Shown: piece by piece, positions 10,601 through 16,247 of the stretch
Position numbering within the stretch: position 1 is the stretch's first letter
Layout of the letters: the number at the start of each line of letters is the position of its first letter
Assembly: GCA_029881435.1 (NCBI GenBank)
Contig: JAOUMR010000005.1
Span: 7,116-71,115, forward strand
Reading direction: 5' to 3'
Length of the DNA: 64,000 bases
Source of the DNA: Nitrospira sp.
GTDB taxonomy: Bacteria > Nitrospirota > Nitrospiria > Nitrospirales > Nitrospiraceae
Notes under the pieces: generated by a model
Databases searched by the model: none
The model's input: the letters and a program-made list of their open reading frames with translations, nothing else
Told to the model about the DNA's origin: nothing
Made by a program: the position numbers and the translations under genes

Positions 10601-13600
10601 GATCACCCACGGCCTGCGTTGCAGACATTTAATGGCTCCCATCGCATGCTGGAGTTGCCCTCGTCGTTGATCGAACGACTGAAGCAGTTCAGTGCAGACC
10701 ACAATGCGACGGTATTCATGACCCTGCTAGCCTGTTTCCAGATACTCTTGAGTCGCTATTCCAGCCAGACCGACCTTGCCGTCGGCTCTCCCATCGCCAA
10801 TCGGACTCAATCCGCAGTCGAGGCGATCATCGGCTCGTTTGTCAACACACTCGTCTTGCGTACAGATCTCTCCGGCAATCCAACGTTCGTCGAGTTGATG
10901 GCACGGGTACGTGAAACAGCGCTAGAGGCCTACGCCCATCAAGACTTCCCATTCGACAAGTTGGTCGAAACGATGCACTCCTCCCGCGACAATAGCTCTG
11001 CCCCGCTGGTGCAGGTTCTTTTCAATGTACCGAACGCTCCCATCGGGGAGATCAACGTTCAGGGGTTGAGCTGGGTGCCGTTCGAGGCGGAGACACACGC
11101 CGCACAATTCGACCTAAGTTTAACGATTGAAACCGAAATCTCCCGAAAGGCCTATCTGTCTTTCAATACCGACCTCTTTGAGGCACACACGGCTGAACGG
11201 ATGTTGCAACAGTACAAGACCCTGCTCCAGAGCGCATTGGCTAATCCTCAAAACAAACTGTCCGAGCTTCCGACAGTGACAGCATTCGAGCGCAGACAGA
11301 TGTTACAGGATTGGAACCGCACGCAAAGAGAGTATCCACAGTCTGCATGTTTTCCTCAGCTATTTGAAGCGCAGGTTGATCGGATGCCTGACGCGGTTGC
11401 GTTGTCGATGGGGCAGAAGACCCTTCGGTACAGTCAGCTCAATACCCAGGCTAATCAGCTAGCACGCTATCTCCAAACACAGGGTGCTCGTCCAGGGGCG
11501 GCGGTGGGGATCGGTCTTGAACGATCCGTGGAGATGGTCATTGCATTGTTGGCCGTGCTTAAAACCGGTGCGGCCTACGTGCCACTCGACCCTGATTATC
11601 CACGGGATCGACTTCGGTTCATGTCGGAGAATGCCTCACTCATCGCCGTGCTCACATCCGCCTCGCTGTCCGATCGGTTTGATGCCCAAGTCTGCCGCAC
11701 ACTGTGTCTCGATCAAGAGCAGGAACGGATCGCACAGGAGCCCGACCACAATCTTCCACCTACCGCCACGCCTCAGGATTTGGCGTACATCCTGTATACA
11801 TCGGGGTCGACGGGACAGCCGAAGGGGGTGGAAATTCCGCACAGAGCGCTGGTGAACTTCTTATGGTCGATACGACAAGAACCAGGATGTTCCGCTCAAG
11901 ATGTCATGCTCTCTGTCACAACCTTGTCGTTTGATATCGCCGGGTTAGAACTGTACGTGCCACTGCTGGTCGGGGCTCGCGTCGAAATCGCCACTCGTGC
12001 TGTTGCCATGGATGGACGACAACTGCGAGCTCTCTGTGAAGCCGTTCAGCCGACGATCATGCAAGCGACCCCCGCCACATGGAGAATGTTGGTTGAGGCC
12101 GGGTGGCAGGGCAGTACTAGACTGACGATACTCTGCGGAGGTGAGCCTCTTCCCCCTGATCTTGCGGTGACATTGTTAGATCGGAGTGAAACCCTATGGA
12201 ATATGTATGGCCCGACCGAAACCACGATTTGGTCTACGATCGAGAGAATCGAACGGAATGATCAGGACATCACCATTGGCAGACCCATTGCCAATACTGA
12301 CGTGTACATCCTGGATCAATTTCTCCAGCCAGTTCCGGTCGGTGTTGCCGGTGAACTCTATATCGGAGGCCTTGGATTGGCACGAGGCTATCGGGGGCGA
12401 CCTGAGTTAACCGAAGAGCGGTTCATTCCTCATCCATTTTCTGCAGAGCCTCTCGCGAGACTGTATCGAACAGGAGACTTGGCGCGGTATCGACCGGATG
12501 GACGCATTGTGCATCTCGGACGTTTGGATCACCAAGTCAAGATAAGAGGGTACCGGATTGAATTGGGCGAGATCGAAACCGCCTTGAGCCGCCATCAAGC
12601 CGTCCGTCAGGCAGTGGTCATGGCACGAGAAGATCAACACGGTGTCAAACAGCTAGTGGCCTATGTGGTCTGCCAGGATGGCCCTGCGCCAAACCAACCG
12701 GAGCTTCGCTCGTTTCTGAGGTCAGAAATTCCCGACTATATGGTTCCTTCACTCTTCGTGTTTCTGGATGCCATGCCATTGACGGCCAATAATAAGGTCG
12801 ACCGGAACGCCTTACCGGCTCCTGTCTCCACACTCACGAGCGATGCGGCTTTTGTTGCACCGTCCGATCGCATGGACATACAAATGGCGGTTTTGTGGCA
12901 ACAGGTGTTTGGGGTCGACCAGGTCGGGATTCACGACAACTTTTTCGATCTCGGCGGCCACTCACTCAAAGCAGCTCACCTATTCTATCTCATTGAACAG
13001 GTTTACGGCAGACATCTTCCGCTATCGACATTGTTTCAAGCTCCAACCATTGCCACGCTCACGTCGGTTCTTACACAGGAACAGTGGGCACTCCCTTGGC
13101 AATCCCTGGTGGTAATGCAGCCCAACGGGTCGGGCATCCCGGTGTTTTTGGTGCCAGGAGTAGGTGGCGATGTGTTGTGGTTCGCCAATCTCGCTCGGCT
13201 CCTCGGCCGTGCGAACCCGGTGTACGGCTTACAAGCCCGAGGATTCGATGGAAAAGAGGACCCGTTTCTTTCAGTCCCTGAAATGGCAAAACACTACGTT
13301 ACAGAGATCCGTAGATGCCTTCCACAAGGCCCCTATGTTCTCGTTGGTGCATGTACTGGTGGGCTGGTCGCCTATGAGATGGCACAACAATTAGGCGAAC
13401 AGAACACCGTTGCCATTTTGATCATCTTGAATAGCTGGCATCCGACTTCGTATCACACGCGTCATAGTGATCTCTCCCTCAGATTTGCACTTCCGCTGAG
13501 AATCCTTTCGATGACCACGAGCACCCTTGACGAACTCCACCGTACACCTATGAAAGATTGGTTGCTGATCATGCACCGTAAGTATGAGAAGGTTCGGTCG

Positions 13601-13933
13601 GCTTTCCGAAAACCGACCGATGATGAACTGAGACAGCGTCAACTCAAACGCATTCAACAGGCGATGTTCCGGTCAGCCGCCTCCTACACTCTGCATACCT
13701 ACCCCGGCCGCATTCTTAACATCGTGGCTTCACAGCGGATTGCGGACCACGATACCAGATATGGTTGGGGCAAGCTGGCAGGCGATGGAAGCCTGACCAT
13801 AGAGGTTGCGGTTCGTCGTACAGCAGACCTTCTTGCTTCACCGCATGTGGAGAGCGTATCTAGCCATATTCGGCGCTTTATCGACGACGAGTCTCAGGAT
13901 TCATCTGTCCGACCTGTAAATAGAGCTGCGTGA
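4682..13933 (+). CDS. non-ribosomal peptide synthetase with domain order FAAL-T-C-A-T-C-A-T-TE (3083 aa)
   Basis: Motifs read directly from the translation:
- FAAL/adenylate motifs: [35 protein letters not shown].
- Three carrier-domain serines: GGNSL, GGHSL, GGHSL.
- Two condensation domains: [10 protein letters not shown] and [10 protein letters not shown].
- Two adenylation domains: [29 protein letters not shown] and [29 protein letters not shown].
- A C-terminal alpha/beta-hydrolase TE: [12 protein letters not shown]...LVGACTGG. Confidence 0.95.
   Translation: [3083 protein letters not shown]
4700..6400 (+). other. NRPS domain: fatty acyl-AMP ligase-like loading domain (approximate bounds)
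   Basis: An N-terminal adenylate-forming domain with FadD32/FAAL-like motifs. It is directly followed by a carrier domain and a C domain. Confidence 0.75.
6455..6670 (+). other. NRPS domain: carrier (ACP/T0); Ser codon 6560-6562 in GGNSL
   Basis: LADIWQEVL...[15 protein letters not shown]. Confidence 0.8.
6790..8110 (+). other. NRPS domain: condensation C1 (starter-type position); active-site motif reads H-R-L-V-A-D-G at 7193-7213
   Basis: [13 protein letters not shown]... C1 motif; [10 protein letters not shown] in place of HHxxxDG. Confidence 0.75.
8170..9680 (+). other. NRPS domain: adenylation A1 (substrate not recognised)
   Basis: The A3, A5, A7, A8 and A10 core motifs are all present. 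Confidence 0.8.
9700..9905 (+). other. NRPS domain: thiolation T1; Ser codon 9797-9799
   Basis: [34 protein letters not shown]. Confidence 0.8.
9965..11290 (+). other. NRPS domain: condensation C2 (LCL-like); HHIIGDQ at 10373-10393
   Basis: [24 protein letters not shown] and [10 protein letters not shown]. Confidence 0.8.
11330..12830 (+). other. NRPS domain: adenylation A2 (glycine-like specificity code by hand alignment)
   Basis: [34 protein letters not shown]. The hand-extracted code is D-I-L-Q-L-G-M-I-W-K. Confidence 0.7.
12860..13065 (+). other. NRPS domain: thiolation T2; Ser codon 12962-12964
   Basis: [31 protein letters not shown]. Confidence 0.8.
13105..13900 (+). other. NRPS domain: thioesterase-like alpha/beta hydrolase with GxCxG (Cys codon 13352-13354)
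   Basis: [22 protein letters not shown]...[12 protein letters not shown]...[22 protein letters not shown]...LIILNSW. Confidence 0.75.
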
Positions 13934-13991
13934 TCTTCTCCATATGCCTTGTTCGATCGATTGATACACTCTCGGAATCAAGGATGCAATT

Positions 13992-14756
13992 GTGCTGATT
14001 TCATTCCACTCGATTGAGCGTGCCACCTGTGATGACTGGTTGCATTCCATCGACCTTGAACCAAATACCGTTCATATCTGGGGCATCACGCTCGACGGAT
14101 CCTCATACTGTCTGGCGCGATGTAGGGAGTGGTTGGATGATCTGGAGCGGGAACGTGCCACTCGCTTTATTCGAGAAAGAGACCGCAATCGCTACGTGCT
14201 GGCTCACGGAGGCCTCAGAGCAGTGCTCAGTCAATATCTGGGTATCGGACCTGGTTCGGTACGCTTCGATCGTACCGAATCAGGCAAGCCCCTGTTGGCA
14301 AAGGAATTACGAGATCGATCGACCATCACGTTCAATTTGTCTCATGCCCATGGCCGCGCGCTCGTGGCGGTCTCACGAGCACAAGAAGTCGGAATCGATC
14401 TTGAACGTGTTCGTTCAGATGTCCCGGTTGAGAATCTATCCAGGCGTTTTTTTTCTCAATCAGAACACACGGCGATCATGCAATTAGCTCAAAAGCAGCG
14501 AGCAACCATTTTCTTCCGCTACTGGGTTGCGAAAGAGGCGGTGTTGAAGGCGCAAGGTATCGGTCTCAGGGGATTGACTGGGTGCGAGATTATACTGGGG
14601 ACGGATGGAGTTGGAAAAGACGTTCGAGTCCGGGTCGATTCCCGGCTCCTAGATCCAGTGAGGGTTCGGCTTCTCTCTTGCGACCCAGAGTGGGAAGCAG
14701 CGGTGGCCGCCAAAAATTTGGGCCAAGTGAGGCAGTGCGGCCTAGACCCACAGTAA
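13992..14756 (+). CDS. 4'-phosphopantetheinyl transferase, Sfp type
   Basis: 254 aa with a GTG start. Sfp-type motifs are GKPLL, FNLSHAHGRALVAVS, VGIDLERV and FRYWVAKEAVLKAQG. It lies 58 nt downstream of the NRPS stop on the same strand. Confidence 0.9.
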   Translation: MLISFHSIERATCDDWLHSIDLEPNTVHIWGITLDGSSYCLARCREWLDDLERERATRFIRERDRNRYVLAHGGLRAVLSQYLGIGPGSVRFDRTESGKPLLAKELRDRSTITFNLSHAHGRALVAVSRAQEVGIDLERVRSDVPVENLSRRFFSQSEHTAIMQLAQKQRATIFFRYWVAKEAVLKAQGIGLRGLTGCEIILGTDGVGKDVRVRVDSRLLDPVRVRLLSCDPEWEAAVAAKNLGQVRQCGLDPQ

Positions 14757-14776
14757 AGGGTAGCTCGTCTACAAGG

Positions 14777-15211
14777 CTAGCGAATGACCGGCTCGAGTGT
14801 GACTGTGGCTTTCATCGAATTGGATATCAGGCAATTCCGCTCAGCCTTTTCAATCAACTCCTTGGCCTGAACCACATCATCCCCGGACTTCATTGTGATC
14901 GAAGGCCTGATCGTAATAGTGGTGAATTGAAATTTGCCCTCTACTAGCTCCAGCCGACCCTCCGCCGTGCTTTCATAGCTGGAGAAGGCGAGTCCGGCTC
15001 GCTCCGCCACGGCCAGAAACGTGGTCATCAAGCAGACGTTCGCGGACGCTACAAAGAGGTCTTCGGGAGACCAAATCCCCTCATGTCCTTTAAACTCGGG
15101 AGGGGTGGCTACTTGCACATCTGGTTTCCCTTCGCAGGAGATGACTCCCTTGCGCTGTTCTGTCCATTTCACTGTGGTTTGATACATATACACTTTGCTC
15201 TTCTGTTCCAT
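14777..15211 (-). CDS. OsmC/Ohr-family peroxiredoxin-like protein
   Basis: 144 aa. The two Cys sit in the typical OsmC context (SPEDLFVASANVCLMTTF and AERNCLISNS). AGGAGGGGGG lies upstream of the ATG. Confidence 0.85.
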   Translation of the reverse strand: MEQKSKVYMYQTTVKWTEQRKGVISCEGKPDVQVATPPEFKGHEGIWSPEDLFVASANVCLMTTFLAVAERAGLAFSSYESTAEGRLELVEGKFQFTTITIRPSITMKSGDDVVQAKELIEKAERNCLISNSMKATVTLEPVIR

Positions 15212-15251
15212 CCCCCCTCCTAAGTTTCGGGTATCCGCTCACCGCTCATTG

Positions 15252-15440
15252 CTATGGTTTAATATAGGCCCACCCTTGTTCTTGTCGCTCCATGAGTCGA
15301 ACCATTGCCGGTACCGCTTCATCCACCTCGCTGATCACATCTTCTCTCGTCGCCTTCATCGTATCGGAGCAAGCCGCATGGTTCAGCCCGTAGGTGCGTT
15401 TCAACTCAGTCAGTTCGTCAGCAAATGTTGTTGAGGGCAC
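15252..15440 (-). CDS. small hypothetical protein (62 aa if GTG at 15440 is used)
   Basis: Only the C-terminal third of ORF 15252..15581 looks protein-like (VPSTTFADELTELKRTYGLNHAACSDTMKATREDVISEVDEAVPAMVRLMERQEQGWAYIKP). GAGAAGG lies 9 nt upstream of the GTG. No family recognised. Confidence 0.3.
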   Translation of the reverse strand: MPSTTFADELTELKRTYGLNHAACSDTMKATREDVISEVDEAVPAMVRLMERQEQGWAYIKP

Positions 15441-15636
15441 CCCGTTGGACCTTCTCGTCGCCGGAGTTGAGGTGCATGACGACACGGTGCGGCTGACTTG
15501 CCGGGCGTTCCGCACCAGAACCCTCGCTCCAGGCAGGTTGATGAAACACCTGCGCCACGAGAAACACGGACGCGCCTGCAATCTGTTATCACATTATTGC
15601 CTCTTTATTTAGTGGATTCATCTTGCTGCTCGCGAC

Positions 15637-16158
15637 TTATCGGACTATCTGTGTCGCAGCCCAGACAAGAAACACCCCGTACACCGAGCCGAAAAACCAG
15701 GGAAAGCTGACTGCTCTATGGGCCCACCATCGACGGTGTTGGCGAAAGGCCCAGTTCGGCAAAAACACCGGTGGCTCGTTCCGTGGATCTTGAATCGGCT
15801 GTCTCGTTTCATGAAGCTGATAGAGGCTTGTGACCAGCTGCTGCCGATCCCAGCCTGGAGATTGCTCGATTCCCCGCAACCGCCACTCCCACAAGGCATT
15901 CTGACCTGACAATCGTCCAAGCACGATTGCCATCTGAAGACACATGAGCACGCCAAAGGCACAGAGCAGGACAATCATGCCGGTGAGGGACAAGGGCAGC
16001 AATTCCCGTGACACAATCAGACCGATCACCGCCACGAAAATGGAGTTGGCCGTGAGATAGTCGGACAGCATCGAATGATAGTCCCGAACCCCGGAGGTCC
16101 AGAGCATCAGCAGATGCTCATAATCCGAATCGAGATCGGAGCAATCCGACGCAGCCAT
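15637..16158 (-). CDS. hypothetical integral membrane protein
   Basis: The likely start is MAASDCSDLD (16158). There are two central TM helices plus a C-terminal TM helix. No family recognised. It lies immediately downstream of the P-type ATPase. Confidence 0.5.
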   Translation of the reverse strand: MAASDCSDLDSDYEHLLMLWTSGVRDYHSMLSDYLTANSIFVAVIGLIVSRELLPLSLTGMIVLLCAFGVLMCLQMAIVLGRLSGQNALWEWRLRGIEQSPGWDRQQLVTSLYQLHETRQPIQDPRNEPPVFLPNWAFRQHRRWWAHRAVSFPWFFGSVYGVFLVWAATQIVR

Positions 16159-16247
16159 CAGGGCCTCCCGTCCGTCAAGTCCTGCTGAACCCGACCACCG
16201 GCTGCATGTGTGGCGGTGCCTCGCCTCGCGCAATCACCGATGTCCAT

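Noticed and set aside
4812-13657. Dozens of 60-280-aa ORFs in other frames or on the other strand inside the NRPS gene (for example 9854..10702, 6443..7126, 6339..7052, 7802..8260)
   Set aside because: They are fully nested in a 9.25-kb ORF with unambiguous NRPS motifs. They are typical shadow ORFs of GC-rich coding DNA.
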